A stretch of 64,000 bases of DNA from Azolla caroliniana (lineage: Eukaryota > Plantae > Polypodiophyta). The notes under the pieces are model-generated. The model was not told where the DNA came from and searched no databases. It saw only the letters and a program-made list of their open reading frames with translations. Positions 1 to 12,749 of this stretch are shown piece by piece (position 1 is the first letter of the stretch; each line of letters begins with the position of its first letter). The stretch lies in contig JBHGNT010000015.1 of the NCBI GenBank assembly GCA_043228905.1, forward strand, positions 2,046,001 through 2,110,000, in the 5' to 3' direction. Both the position numbers and the translations under genes were made by a program.

Positions 1-9
1 TACGACATT

Positions 10-510
10 ATGTACAAGTTGAATATGCTTATTCGACTCGAAGGGTACATAGAAGTGGATTGGGCCGAATATAAGGATGATAGACGATCGACATCCAGAT
101 TCATCTTCTCCCTCGGTAGCGGAGTGATCTCGTGGAGCAGCAAGAAGCAACCGGCAGTCGTACTATTGAGCACGGAGGCTGAATACAGGGGCACAACAGT
201 TGTTGCATGAAGCGGATACTAAACGATCTAGGCGTACCCATCAAAGATCCGATTTGCTTATATTGCAACAACATCAACATTATCTACCTGGCTCGCAACC
301 TCTTATTTTTTACGTGCGGCCTAAACACATCGAAGTGCACTACCACTTCATTCGCAAGCGCGTTCAGGCCGGAGAAATCGATCTACAACACATCAGTACA
401 CACCTTCAAGTCGTTGATATCTTTATGAAGGCCTTAGGCATCGATAAGCTCAGGCAATTCGCATCCGACCTTGGTCTCACAATATCCACATTACCGAGCT
501 TGAGGGGGAG
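10..510 (+). pseudogene. pol: Copia RNase H fragment, frameshifted
   Basis: ORFs 10-210, 207-428 and 200-631 together give the Copia RNase H C-terminus, ending LPSLRG. Confidence 0.9.
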
Positions 511-803
511 TACAACAGGCGACACGGAAGCAGCCGATAGCAGCCAACACAGATGTAGCCGATTAGTTGATCGAAGCCAACCAAATGATTCAAAGTACGA
601 TGGCAGTAGTCAAGCCGAACAAGGAGCATGAAGCCGAAAAGTCGAACAAGAGTTTGGATGAGTAGGATTATGAAAGCCGAAAGCCGATTCATTTGAATCG
701 AAATACTTCGAAGACCAAACCAAAACAACTTTTCGACAGATGGAACTTGTGTTCGAAGGGGCGTGTTGAGAGTCGAACTCAACCTCCCATAGAGATAGGT
801 TTC

Positions 804-1202
804 TGTTGAGCGGCAAGCTCAACCGGAGCCGGATCGGCTGAATAAGCCGGAGCCGGTAAGCGAGACGGATCGGGCGAAACGAATCGGTATGACGGTGAGC
901 AACCGAACCGGCAAGCAGTGGAGGTCGGGTGCAATCCATAACCGGAAGTCCAATCGGAAGCCTAGTATAGGATAGACTACTAGGTAGCTATAGTCTCGTA
1001 GTAGGTGTCAGATGCTCGTGTGAGCATTGAAGTACATGGTACTTCTGTCAGTCCCAAGAGGACTTGTATAAATAGTGCTACTTAGCATAGTGTGTATACA
1101 GAAAGTCTTGATATAATTTTGAAATCGTGTTCTGATCTCTCTCTCTCTCTCTCTCTCTGTGTTGTTCTTTGTTTTACGCTTCCGCAAACACTTACATTTA
1201 CA
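804..1202 (+). repeat. 5' LTR of Copia 804-6696
   Basis: TG..CA termini, TATAAATA at about 1066, (CT)n tract. About 826-1202 is nearly identical to about 6296-6696. Confidence 0.92.
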
Positions 1203-1214
1203 TGGTATCAGAGC
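1203..1214 (+). promoter_or_regulatory. PBS, tRNA-iMet
   Basis: TGGTATCAGAGC immediately after the LTR terminal CA. Confidence 0.95.
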
Positions 1215-1296
1215 GCGAGGGTTGAGAACCTCTGCTGTAGACATTTACTCTTGAGAAGAAAACCCTAACAGGTCGAAAACAGACACAGTAGAAGAC

Positions 1297-4200
1297 ATGG
1301 ATAGAGGCATGGCTACGTCGCTCCCGGTGGAGAAGCTCGATAGGAGCAATTACGCATCCTGGTCTTACAAGATGCACCAGTACCTGCTTGGACACGGGTA
1401 CTGGAGTTATGTCGAAGGAGCGAATGATGCGGCGCCAGACTCGGCACACAAGGACTTCCCGGTATGGGAACAGGCGGCAAGTAGGGTGATGTACTGCTTC
1501 ACGTCCAGTGTCGGCGATCAGCTGCTCAGCCACATCCGTGACGCCAAGACACCGAAGGATGCTTGGGGGAACCTGAAAAAGGTTTTCGCCGCAAGCACCA
1601 CTGCCCGGAAGCTGCAACTCAGACAGGAGTTGAGCAATGTTCGACAGAAGAACATGTCTGTGGCAGAGTACACGGGCCGGATAAAGGAGATCTGCGACTC
1701 GCTCGCCTCTATCAATGTTACCGTAGAGGAAGGCGAGATGGTGCAGGTATGTCTCGGAGGCCTGGCGTCCAAGTTCGGAGTGTTCCGGACTGCAATGTGT
1801 ACAAGGGAGAATACCCCCTCATTCTTCGACTTACAGTCGATGCTCCTTGTAGAGGAGAACCACGCCGGTGCATCTAACAGTGCATCCCCGGACAGCCGAA
1901 TGCTGTACACGGGAACGGATCGGCTCCGTGGGCATGGTGGAAGAGGTGGGTCGGCACGCAATGGAGGCGGCCGGCAAGAGCGGGAACGGAGGCACTATGA
2001 GCGTGCCGACAGGAGTTCCGGGACTTCCACAAGCAGGGGGAGTCAAGGCGGTGCCGGAGGCCGGCAAGACAAATCCGCTACGGAATGCTGGTACTATGGC
2101 AAAAAAGGCCACAGGGAAAGCGAGTGCTGGAGAAAGCGTTCCGATTCGGACAAATCCGGATCCATCAAGACCGGTAAGGATGGCCGGCAAAACTCGCACT
2201 ACGCAAACGGATCAAGAGGATCCGGAACCGGAAAGGCCGGTAAGGGGCCAGCCTTGGTGATGAATCACAAGGAAAACTCAATGAAGAAGACCACTTCCAA
2301 AATGGAGGAAGTGTGGTATGTTGATTCCGGCGCGTCGAACCACATGACGAGCCACAAAGAGTGGTTCTCCTTTCTGGAGAAACCGGATCAACCAGGAGTA
2401 GTCGAAACCGGAGACGACACTCCTCACCGAATCGTGCACGTCGGAGAAGTCCCTCTAAGCCACGTCGGACAGAAAGGGAAGCTGATGAACGTGTTACATG
2501 TTCTAACAATCACGAAGAACCTGGTGTCCGTCGGTCAGATTGTCGACCAGGGGATGCAGGTGCGGTTTACGCACCTCGGGTGCTTCATTGAGGATGAGGG
2601 CGAAGTCATTGCGCAAGGGTGCAGAGACGGGAGGATGTTTATCCTCAACACCAATGACTTTGGCACCGCTCTGTTCACGAAACAACAGAAGGTCGAGTCG
2701 GACATCGACCTGTGGCACAAGCGGATAGGCCACGTCAACTACCGGAGGCTTCAAGACCTGCAAACGAAACAAGCCGTTTTCGGTTTGCCGAAGTTCAGCG
2801 GCCGGAGAGCTGAAATTTGTGAAGCCTGCCAACTTGGGAAGCAACATCGGCTTCCATTCCCCACCGAACGGAACCGGAGCCGTAACAAGCTCGATCTCAT
2901 CCATTCGGATGTGTGGGGACCGGCACAAAGTGTAAGCCTTGGCGGGAGCCGATACTTCGTCTCCTTCATCGACGACTATACTCGACATACTTGGATCTAC
3001 CTTGTTGAGCGGAAGAGCGAAGTCTTCGACTGTTTCCAGAGCCTCCAGAAGATGGTGGAACGGGAATCGGAGAGGAAGATCAAGTGCCTTCGGTCGGATG
3101 GCGGAAAGGAATATTTTTCCAGCCAATTCACTAGTTATCTGCAGCAGAAGGGAATTCGGCGAGAGTTCAGCTGCAGATACACACCGGAGCAAAACAGTGT
3201 GGCCGAAAGGAAGAACTGGACACTCGTCGAAGCGGCAAGGGCAATGCTGGAGGAGAAGAGCATGCCCCGGTTCTACTGGGCGGAGGCGGTCCAGACCTTA
3301 TGACAAGGTGTCAGTTCATGAGCTGTATTTCGGGCGCAAGCCGAACTTAAGACACCTTCGGATATTCGGCAGCATAGCGTATGTGCATGTGCCGGATCAG
3401 AAGCGGAGAAAGCTGGATACAAAATCGGAAAAATGCATCCTAGTCGGCTATGCTCAAGAGCAAAAGGGGTATAAGTGCTATAACCCCCGGACGAAGGAAG
3501 TCCGAGTTAGCCGGGATGTCGAGTTTGATGAATCGGTATCCTGGTACTCCGTACCGACTCCGACTTCCGACCCCGACCCAATGCCGGAAGATCAGGCCAG
3601 TGAGCCTGAATCAGCCCTGGCAGAGGATGATGAAGCCGGGACTCAAGATGAGAGTCCGGAATCGTTACGGTTGAGTGGACCGAACGAGCGACTGAGTCGG
3701 TTGGACCAGTCGGATGAAGAGACGGCAAGTGGTGGAGACTCTGCCGTGCTCTCCCTGCGCAAGGAACCGAGGAAACAGTTCACGCGCAAAGAGAAGGGGA
3801 AGAGGAAGATGCCGGAATTCGAAACCGGCAACGATGAGTCAGATCGGTGCGTATCCGACTCCGGAAAGGAGAAAGGCGGATCTTCGGCAACGAAGACCGA
3901 ACTGGCCAAGAAGGGCCTCAAATCAGGTGACGGTGCGTTGCGCCGATCAACCCGCCAGAAGGATCCCGTCATGCGGTACGGGTACAATGAATACATGGCG
4001 CATCATTATGCGTACATGAAGAAAGTGACAGAAGTGTGTGAGCCGGAGAGCTACGCAGAAGCGGCAAAGGACGCAAATTGGCGTGCCACTATGGACGAAG
4101 AAATGCGGGCACTCGATGCCAACGAAACTTGGGACCTAGTTGATCCTCCCCGTCACTGTAAACCGATCGGATGCAAGTGGGTGTACAAGGTCAAGTACAA

Positions 4201-6445
4201 CGCCGACGGTTCTGTTAACCGGTACAAAGCCCGGTTAGTGGCGAAGGGATACGCACAGACCCACGGAATCGACTACGACGAGACCTTCGCTCCTGTGGCG
4301 AAGATGACGACGGTTCGTGTGGTACTGGCGGTTGCTGCGGGAAGGGGGTGGCATCTTCACTAGATGGATGTGAAGAACGCCTTCCTTCAAGGCGAGCTTG
4401 AAGAAGACGTCTTTATGACTCAGCCCCCCGGATTTCAATCGGAGATGAACAAGTCGGCGGTATGCCGACTGAAGAAGTCGCTTTACGGCTTGAAGCAAGC
4501 CCCCCGAGCTTGGAACGCGAAGATCACGCACCGGTTGCGTAAGCTGGGGTTTGCTGTCTCTAAGTCGGACTCTTCGTTGTTCATCCGGCAAGGCTCTGAC
4601 GGTCCGGTATGTATACTCTTGTATGTGGATGATTTAGTCATCACCGGACCGGGTCTTCCCGAAATCAACCGCGTCAAGTCCCAGTTGTCGGACGCATTCG
4701 AAATGAAGGACCTGGGGGACCTTCATTATTTTCTTGGGATCGAAGTGATCCGGACCCCCGACGGCATATTGCTCTCACAACGACATTACGTGTTGAATAT
4801 GCTGTATAAGTTCGGCATGACGGATTGCCGACCTGTCTCCACACCCCTGGACCGGAACCAGAAGCTCCGTCCCAACTCTGGACCGGCCTGCAATGAGAAA
4901 CGGTTCCGACAGGTTGTCGGAAGCCTGATCTACTTAACCATCACCCAACCCGACATCAACTATCCGGTCGGCATGGTAAGCCAATTCATGCAGAAGCCGA
5001 CCGTGGAGCACCTTCAATGCGCGCAACGAATATTACGGTATGTCAGCGGCACTAAGGACCGGGGACTGCTATAGCGGCGAGGTATACCCGAAGAGCTTGT
5101 CGGTTACACAGATGCTGACTGGGCCGGCGATGCGTCCGATCACCGCTCCACTTCCGGATACATGTTCTCCATAGGTAGCGCGGCCGTTGCGTGGAGCAGC
5201 AAGAAGCAGCCCATAGTGGCTTTGTCAAGCACTGAGGCTGAGTACCGGGCCGCTACTGTTGCCACTTGTGAAGCCATCTGGCTTCGGCGATTGCTGCGAG
5301 ACTTGCGGCTCGGGGTACCGACCCCGATCCCGATTTACTGCGATAACATGAGCAACCTGCAGCTCGCCAGGAACCCTGTGTTCCATGCTCGCACAAAGCA
5401 CATCAAGGTGCACTACCACTTCGTGCGTGAGCGGGTCCTGAGCAGTGAAGTTGACCTACGATATGTTCATACGGATCGGCAAGTTGCCGACATCTTCACC
5501 AAGCCGCTCGGATCGGACAAGTTGCAGCACTTTACCGACATGCTTGGTATTCAGCATCTCGACGTGCCGCACTTGAGGGGGAGAAGCAAGGGCAAAGTCT
5601 CTACCGAAACAGGCAAAGGCCAAAAAACAGTTGAACACGTCGGTAAGAGGAGAGCTAGAAGAAGAGGAGACAAGAAGATGAAGGAAGCCGAGTCGACGAA
5701 GGAAGTCGACACATCCGAACAGGTCGGAGCAAGCGGCTGTGAAGAAGAGTTGTGCACTCAGGAAGAGAAGTGCATGTTGTCCGGAGGTCATCACGACGGT
5801 ACTGACCATGATGTGGAGTCGAATGAAGAATTCGATTTCGGTTCACCGGCTGAAGAAGTTGAAGGAAGCATGGAGAAGGCCAGGTCTCGGAAGTGGTCCG
5901 ATATGGTGAGAGGCCTGAAGCCGGAAGTCGAATCGGAGTGTACTGATTCGGACAAGAGCTGGAACGAGTCGGAGATAGCTGACCCGGATCAACAGATGGA
6001 TCCGGATGAGTCGGATCGACTGAAGGCCAAGGGGACACGGACACAGCAGAAGTCGATGCCATCGTGGGAGAACCGACGGATCGGCAAGCGCCGGAGTCAC
6101 AGCAACGTGAGTGTTGAGATGGGCCTATTGAGCAGACATGCCGACCGAGAGGGTCAAGGCGTGCAGAACCGAAGGGGTCGCGGCAAACGGGACTGGACCG
6201 GACTAGGAGCGCGAGCAAGGCGAAGTGACGCCAGGAGAAGTCGGTTGGAAGAACCGACTGCCACAGAGGTCGACACTATGACCCCACCTCAGGTTGAGCT
6301 GGATCGGCTGAATAAGCCGGAGCTGGTAAGCGAGACGGATCGGGCGAAACGGATCGGTATGACGGTGAGCAACCGAACCGGCAAGCAGTGGAGGTCGGGT
6401 GTAATCCGTAACCGGAAGTCCAATCGGAAGCCTAGTATAGGATAG
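1297..6445 (+). pseudogene. gag-pol: Copia gag-pol with a frameshift near 3300, stops at 4361 and 5072, and a C-terminal extension into the 3' LTR
   Basis: Gag, degenerate knuckle CWYYGKKGHRESEC, PR WYVDSGAS, INT HHCC plus [42 protein letters not shown]. Confidence 0.93.
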
Positions 6446-6696
6446 ACTACTAGGTAGCTATAGTCTCGTAGTAAGTGTCAGATGCTCGTGTGAGCATTGA
6501 AGTACATGGTACTTCTGTCAGTCCCAAGAGGACTTGTATAAATAGTGCTACTTAGCATAGTGTGTATACAGAGAGTCTTGATATAATTTTGAAATTGTGT
6601 TCTGCTCTCTCTGTCTGTCTCTCTCGCTCGCTCTCTCTCTCTCTCTCTCTCTGTGTTGTTCTCTGTTTTACGCTTCCGCAAACACTTATGTTTACA
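6112..6696 (+). repeat. 3' LTR of Copia 804-6696 (homology to the 5' LTR starts at about 6296; alternative TGTTGAG start at 6112)
   Basis: Direct repeat of 826-1202. The 5' boundary is ambiguous. Confidence 0.75.
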
Positions 6697-7089
6697 GTTT
6701 CACACTGGCTCATGGACACACCGGGCTAGTTTTGTAAATAGTTGAAAGGGCACTTGCTCTAGCCTAGTTAGTATTTAAACCAACCCTTTGTAACTTAGTG
6801 GTTGTTGGAAGTAATATACAATTTCTTGTTTAATCTCTCTCTCTCTCTCTTTACGTGTCTTAACATGCACACACACACAATCATCTTCCGCTGCACTAAA
6901 TCTCTCTCGATTCTTTACACTATCAAACAAATTTGAAGTCCTTAGTCAACTAGAAGAAGAGTTAAATGACTAAGTCCAGCTAAAATAAGAGCCGGTTGGT
7001 TGGACAACCCTAGATCTGTGCAACCCATTAGTGGTTCCATTCCCTCTAAGCAAGTTAGCAATGTCTTCCTAGCTTAAGTAGCAATTAGT

Positions 7090-7877
7090 ACTAAAAGTAA
7101 CCCTCCAGTACATGTCTTAGCACTCCTAGATTCTAGAGCCAATTCTTGCGTCATGGATAAGAATATTGCCCAAGCTCATCAGATATCCCTAAGAAATTTC
7201 CCTTGCGTAGCTTTTGTAGTAATCATTGATGGTTGCCCCATTGCTTCCGGAAATATCGTAGAAGAGTCAAAGCCGATTAGTGTTGCCTTAAATCAATTGG
7301 CGTGTCTGGTATCATTTAATATAATTAGTAGTCTAGAGCATCCAATTGTTTTCGGGTTACCATGGTTCGAATTACACAATCCAAACATAGATTGGAGAAC
7401 AAGAGAAATCAGGTATCGACAATCTCGACAATCTACTCACAAGATTTCAACCAATTTGATACATCAATTGCGTGAGGAAGGATGCAAGGAATCAATGTTT
7501 GTATTCGCAATATCAGTGAAACCGTCCAACACTGCTAAGGAGGAGTCAACAATTCAACTTCCAAAGAAGTATCATCATTATGCCGACGTTTTTGATAAGG
7601 TAAAAGCTAGTGTTCTTCCTCACCATCTATCGTATGATTGTCCCATTGAGTTACAACTAGGAAAAGAGCCATCGTGGGAACCGATCTACAACTTGTCACC
7701 AACCGAGCTTAAAGTTCCTCTAGCCTACATAGAGGAAATTTGGCAAACGGGTTCATTCGACATTCAAAATCTCCAGTCGACGCACCTATTTTCTTTGTCA
7801 AGAAAAAAGATGGCTCAGTTCATCTAGTCGTGGATTACCATGGCTTGAATAAGGTCACTATCAGGAATAGGTATGTT
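7090..7877 (+). pseudogene. pol: Ty3/Gypsy chromovirus protease and RT-start fragment
   Basis: ALLDS.ANSC protease motif, FGLPWFELHNPNIDW, YADVFDK..LP.H..YDCPIEL, then [22 protein letters not shown] in a shifted frame. Confidence 0.85.
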
Positions 7878-8715
7878 TGTCACAAATATGACAACAATCA
7901 TGTCAAGATTTGAACTCTTGACCTCTTATATATAGTCAAGTGTTGTGTTCTAACCAACACGTCCAAATATACGGTCATGTTATGTATATCTTAGTAAATT
8001 ATTAGTAGATTGTCTAGTTCAAGTTCTAGGAGTTTTTAGAAAGTTCTAGAACTAGAAGGTTCTAGAGGGTTGTAGTTCGACATTCAAAATCTCCAGTCAA
8101 CGCACCTATTTTCTTTGTCAAGAAAAAAGATGGCTCACTTCGTCTAGTCGTGGATTGCCATGGCTTGAATAAGGTCACTATCAGGAATAGGTATGTTTGT
8201 CACAAATATGACAACAATCATGTCAAGATTTGAACTCTTGACCTCTTATATATAGTCAAGTGTTGTGTTCTAACCAACACGTCCAAATATATGGTGATGT
8301 TATGTATATCTTAATAAATTATTAGTAGATTGTCTACTTAAAGTTCTAGGAGTTTTTAGAAAGTTCTAGAACTAGAAGGTTCTAGAATATTGTAGTTCGA
8401 CATTCAAAATCTCTAGTCGACGCACCTATTTTCTTTGTCAAGAAAAAAGATGGCTCAGTTCGTCTAGTCGTGGATTACCATGGCTTGAATAAGGTCACTA
8501 TCAGGAATAGGTATGTTTGTCACAAATATGACAACAATCATGTCAAGATTTGAACTCTTGACCTCTTATATATAGTCAAGTGTTGTGTTCTAACCAACAC
8601 GTCCAAATATATGGTGATGTTATGTATATCTTAGTAAATTATTAGTAGATTGTCTACTTCAAGTTCTAGGAGTTTTAAGAAAGTTCTAGAACTAGAAGGT
8701 TGTAGAGGGTTCTAG
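7756..8715 (+). repeat. Tandem triplication of a 320-bp unit (RT fragment plus LTR 5' end)
   Basis: Units start TTCGACATTCAAAAT at 7756, 8076 and 8396 and are highly similar. Confidence 0.95.
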
Positions 8716-9434
8716 AATATTGTAATGCATGTACTTCGACTCACAATATAAATACTTGTAATCTCCTTGGTCCCTTTCAAGGGATTCAACACCAATCATT
8801 AACACATTAATCTAGTATTTGACAAGAACTACACGCTCCGATGAACAGCGCTCGGCAACAACCGAGTCTAAAGTCAAACACAGAAAACGGATCATGAACG
8901 CACGACATAGTGAAGAGAAGAGTACACAGGATGTTAACGTGGAAAACCCAAACTAGGGAAAAACCACGGCAGCCCACAGACTGCAAACTATCACAATATC
9001 ATAATGTACAATAGTAGAGCACCGAGGCAACGACCTCGAGCTTGCTATCTTCGCCACAGGTGGCGGTTACAACAGAGGCAACGACCTCTTCTTCTCTCTC
9101 TCTCTGTCTCTGTACACTATTACGCTCTCTAATCTTGCGCTAACAAGAATGACAACAACAGTACTAAGTTTGCCCTAAGTCATATTTATACTAATATGAC
9201 TTTTCGGCTATTTACAAATATAGCCCCGATGGACTCTCAGAAACATATTTACGAATATGTCCCTTCATCCGATGAGCACTCCTCACCGGGCCTGCATCAC
9301 ATGGCGCTTGCCGGGCACATGTCATCCGGTTCTCATCGGATCTTCACCATCCGGCTCTTGCCGGGTACTCGTCATCCGGTTCTCACCGGGTCTTCCGTAG
9401 CCGGATACTCGTCATACAGTTCTCACCGGGTTTT

Positions 9435-9890
9435 TGTTAATCGGCTAATTACTAACTACTACCGATACAGAAGAGTGAACGTCGCTACTCAACGTTCTAA
9501 CAAGGAATTGTGTTTTACGAACGGAAATATACTATATTAATCGGTAATTACCGTGATCATTACTTAGTTATAAATTAGGAAGATTGCACTTAACAACATA
9601 GACAATAGAAAGAACACAGAATCCGTACATGATATTCCTAACTTAAACTTATATTACTAAATAAACGACCTTTCTTACAATGCCTTCGGTTCCCTTTTAT
9701 AGGTATACCGAAGGTCTTTTCTCATCAAGAACTATTCCTACTTACTATCAAGAATTACAAAATTATCTAACTAACTTAGTTCTCTTCGTTCACTGCTGAG
9801 TCATTGATTCGAACAGTCGATCCGAACCGACTCCGTTTTCGACGCTTTCCCACTTGTTCGGTAAAACTGACTGTCCGGGTCCGGGTAACA
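9435..9890 (-). repeat. 3' LTR of Gypsy 9435-18762
   Basis: TGTTA..TAACA termini. Minus-strand TATAAAA is flanked by the inverted repeat CCTTCGGT/ACCGAAGG. Confidence 0.95.
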
Positions 9891-9934
9891 CTTGGCACGT
9901 CCGTGGGCCAGGACCTTGTCCAGCGAACCCACGC

Positions 9935-12360
9935 CTATTCCTGTAGCTCTTCATCCGAATCGTTCAGAATATCAAAAATCGAAGGCTCTTCTGGCCTTGG
10001 ATGTATTCCATCTATATCTTCCTCTTCATCTTCATCTTCATCTGTGTCACAGTCGTCATTCGGAGCAGGTTTTGAATGTTGTGATTCGGTTGGCTGCTCT
10101 GGTTCACTTCTTCCGGGAGCTTGAAGACCAGGAGTCTTGCTGGTTCTTTCGGCTTCGATTTTATCCAACTGGACGGAAGTGCCTATATCATTTTTGTCGA
10201 ATTCTTGCATAATACGTTGAATTTCTTCTCTGTAAAATGCCGCAATTTCGTCCATATCTTTCATGATATCCTCTTGGATATTGTCAATATCCTTTTGTGC
10301 CATTTTAAAAAAACCTGCACCTTGGACCTGACGGTTATTTTTGTCGGCACGCAATAACTGTAATTCCGCCGCTTGTGCCGTCCATAACTTCCATCCTTGC
10401 GCAAGGGATTCATCGATCATTTTCTTTGCTAGGTTTCGATGTTTCCCGATGATGTGTTGCACTTTGTCCTTAGTGATGCTTGCGACGAATTGAGCGGCTT
10501 GCAACTCTTTCCGTAAATCCGTAATAGTGGCTCGATTTTCACCCGCCTTTGTTCCGATATCTTCCGAATTTCGTTCAGTTGTTGTTCGAATGCCGATTTC
10601 TCTTTGCTCCATTCCTCCTGCTGTTCCGTAATTCTTCTGTTGACTTCTTCAAGACTCCGCTCTTTTTCTGTCAATTGACTTTCCTGTGACACTATATACC
10701 TTTCGAATTCCTCAATTTGTTCGGTATATGTATGATTGGTCGTCTTAGCTTCTTCCAGATTTTTCTGTAATTCGTTTATTAATTGATTTTTTTCTTCGAG
10801 AACTTTGTATTGGCCATTCTGAATGGTTTCTATTTGTTTTTCTAATTCTGTAGTTCGAAATACAGCATTGTTGGCCCTTGTTGTTTCTGCTTGACGTGCT
10901 TTCTCAGCGTCCTCCAATTTCTGCTGCCATTCTGACTCCGACGCCATAGGTCGTGCCTGTGTTTCCCATTTGTTTAGACTTTCTTTTAGTTCTTTATTTT
11001 CTGTCTGTATGTTACAAAACTGACGTTTCAGCACCTCCGCCGATGCTGATACACTTTTGTATCTTTCAGCCATATCACTGGCTGCTTTGCATGCCGTTTC
11101 ATATTCTCTATGAATTTCGACCAGTGCTTCATGTAATGGTGGCATTTCAATAGCCTCCCCTCTATTCTGTGCATTTCTTTTCCGGCCGATTTTCTCTATC
11201 TCTGCTTTTTCTTGAGGTTCCAACACTCCTCATAAGGCCTTCTGTATCATTATTCGGTCATTATGTTCTTGAGCCAGCCGTTCTGATACTTCTGTCAATC
11301 TTCTAGCCAACCATTCAACCAGTTCGTATGAAGTTCCGAACTGTAAAATGGCAGCTAATTCATGTGCTGCTAGTGGAATATCCAAGCACCCATGTGCTTC
11401 CCGAATTGCTACTTTTGAAGATTGTCCTTGTTGAAGTTGTGTCGAAACGCTCTCATTCCCTGGTTTTATTACTTCTGCTACTACAGGCGTATTCGAATTT
11501 TCCTTTGTGCGTTGCCTTTTCGGTGCTGACCCATCACTGTTTTCTGGTTGGAATTGCCAATTAGCCTTTTGTTTAACCCTTGTCCTTTGTCGCATCTTCT
11601 CTGCTTGTTGTCGATTTTCTGTCGGCCGTTGCTTGTTTATCAAATGGTCAACTGTTTCTTGTTCGGCTGCTGGTTGCCTGTTTTCGGAATTCTCTGGTCT
11701 TGGTGGTTCCGACTGAGGCATATCCGTTTGTATATTATCGGCATGTGCCGATTCTTCCTCTATCCATTCTTCATGTGCTACCTGTTGGTGTCTTCGAGGT
11801 GCTTGTACTATCGGTGGTCTTCTTGACTGAACAGGAGTTTCCGATTCTTGAATCGGAAACAATACCGATAGCCAACGACCAAAAATTTGCTTCATTGGTT
11901 TTCCTGTTTTTACCCCTTGTAGTTGCTCTCTCAGAGCTTCCCCCGACAATAGTGGCCAGTTGAAATCCTCTTTTTCGTATGCGGCTATGATAAACCCAGC
12001 CCTTTTTTTCGGCATACAATAAAAACGGGGACTGACAAATCCCACCTCTAGTAAAAATCTAGCCACTTCATGGAAAAACTCATCCCGACCTCCATAAGTC
12101 TGATATGCTTTTGCCGAGGGTGAGTATTCCCCGAAATACGATTGGAGTGCTTCTGATGAAGGTTTTTTAACTGCCTCAAAGCCTCCTCTTGGCATCTGTA
12201 ATGCATTTCGTATTTTCTTTGTGGTGACCTTGGTGATGTCTAATTGTTGTACCAATTCTTCCGCCTGCGGATGAAGTTCCGCTTCTGCTACTTTGATGAA
12301 ACCTTGTAAGTTTCTCTCATGAAGCCACAGTCGCAGTTCTTCAGACACAGGAATCGGCAT
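9935..12360 (-). pseudogene. Extra 3' ORF (about 800 codons when joined): globular N-domain, linker, long coiled coil, acidic tail
   Basis: ORFs 11230-12618 and 10429-11226 are in one frame, separated by a single TGA. ORF 9935-10612 joins by a frameshift. Likely ATG at 12360 (MPIPVSEE). Confidence 0.75.
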
Positions 12361-12749
12361 GACTTCTGTGTTTGCTTGTTCTGAATCACTTGTCGATGAC
12401 GGTTGGAGATGAAAATCAGAAAAACAGAGTTTGGGCGAGCTAGGGCACGAAGGCTCATAATGTTTCGAGATCTGCACTCGTTTCTGTTGTTTTGGCGACA
12501 CAGAAGATACAGAAATATGCTTTAAAGATATTAACTTATGCATTATGACTAAAGAATAGTAATTGCTATTAATGTAGGAATTAATTAGTATTAACTCTAC
12601 GTGTAGTGGTTGTACCACTTACTAATAATCATGCAATTCCTCTTCCTATTTATAGTCGATTCAGACTGTTATGGCAAGATTCTATTTCTGCATTGACAAG
12701 AACTATTGAGTGAGTTAGTTAGTTTTTATTTTTTTATTTTTTTATTTTT

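Larger units (their letters stand above)
804..6696 (+). mobile_element. Near full-length Ty1/Copia LTR retrotransposon (possibly Bryco-like)
   Basis: TGTTGAG start at 804 and TTTACA end at 6696. TSD GTTTC at 799-803 and 6697-6701. PBS present, with gag-PR-INT-RT-RH order. The lineage call is inference. Confidence 0.93.
1..6919 (+). mobile_element. 3' part of a degenerate Ty1/Copia element (RT/RNase H remnant, PPT, 3' LTR 764-803 + 6702-6919 split by an insertion)
   Basis: Broken Copia motifs (DW..DRRSTS, SWSSKKQ..LSTEAEY, KHIEVHYHFIR) at 10-500. PPT-like GAAGGGGCG then TGTTGAG at 764. The LTR resumes after the GTTTC TSD and ends TTTACA at 6919. Confidence 0.8.

Noticed and set aside
764-1214. 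A tandem element sharing one LTR (PPT-LTR-PBS)
   Set aside because: The GTTTC TSD and the family start at 804 show a nested insertion instead.
9935-12618. env gene
   Set aside because: No signal peptide or transmembrane stretch is visible; the protein is hydrophilic coiled coil.
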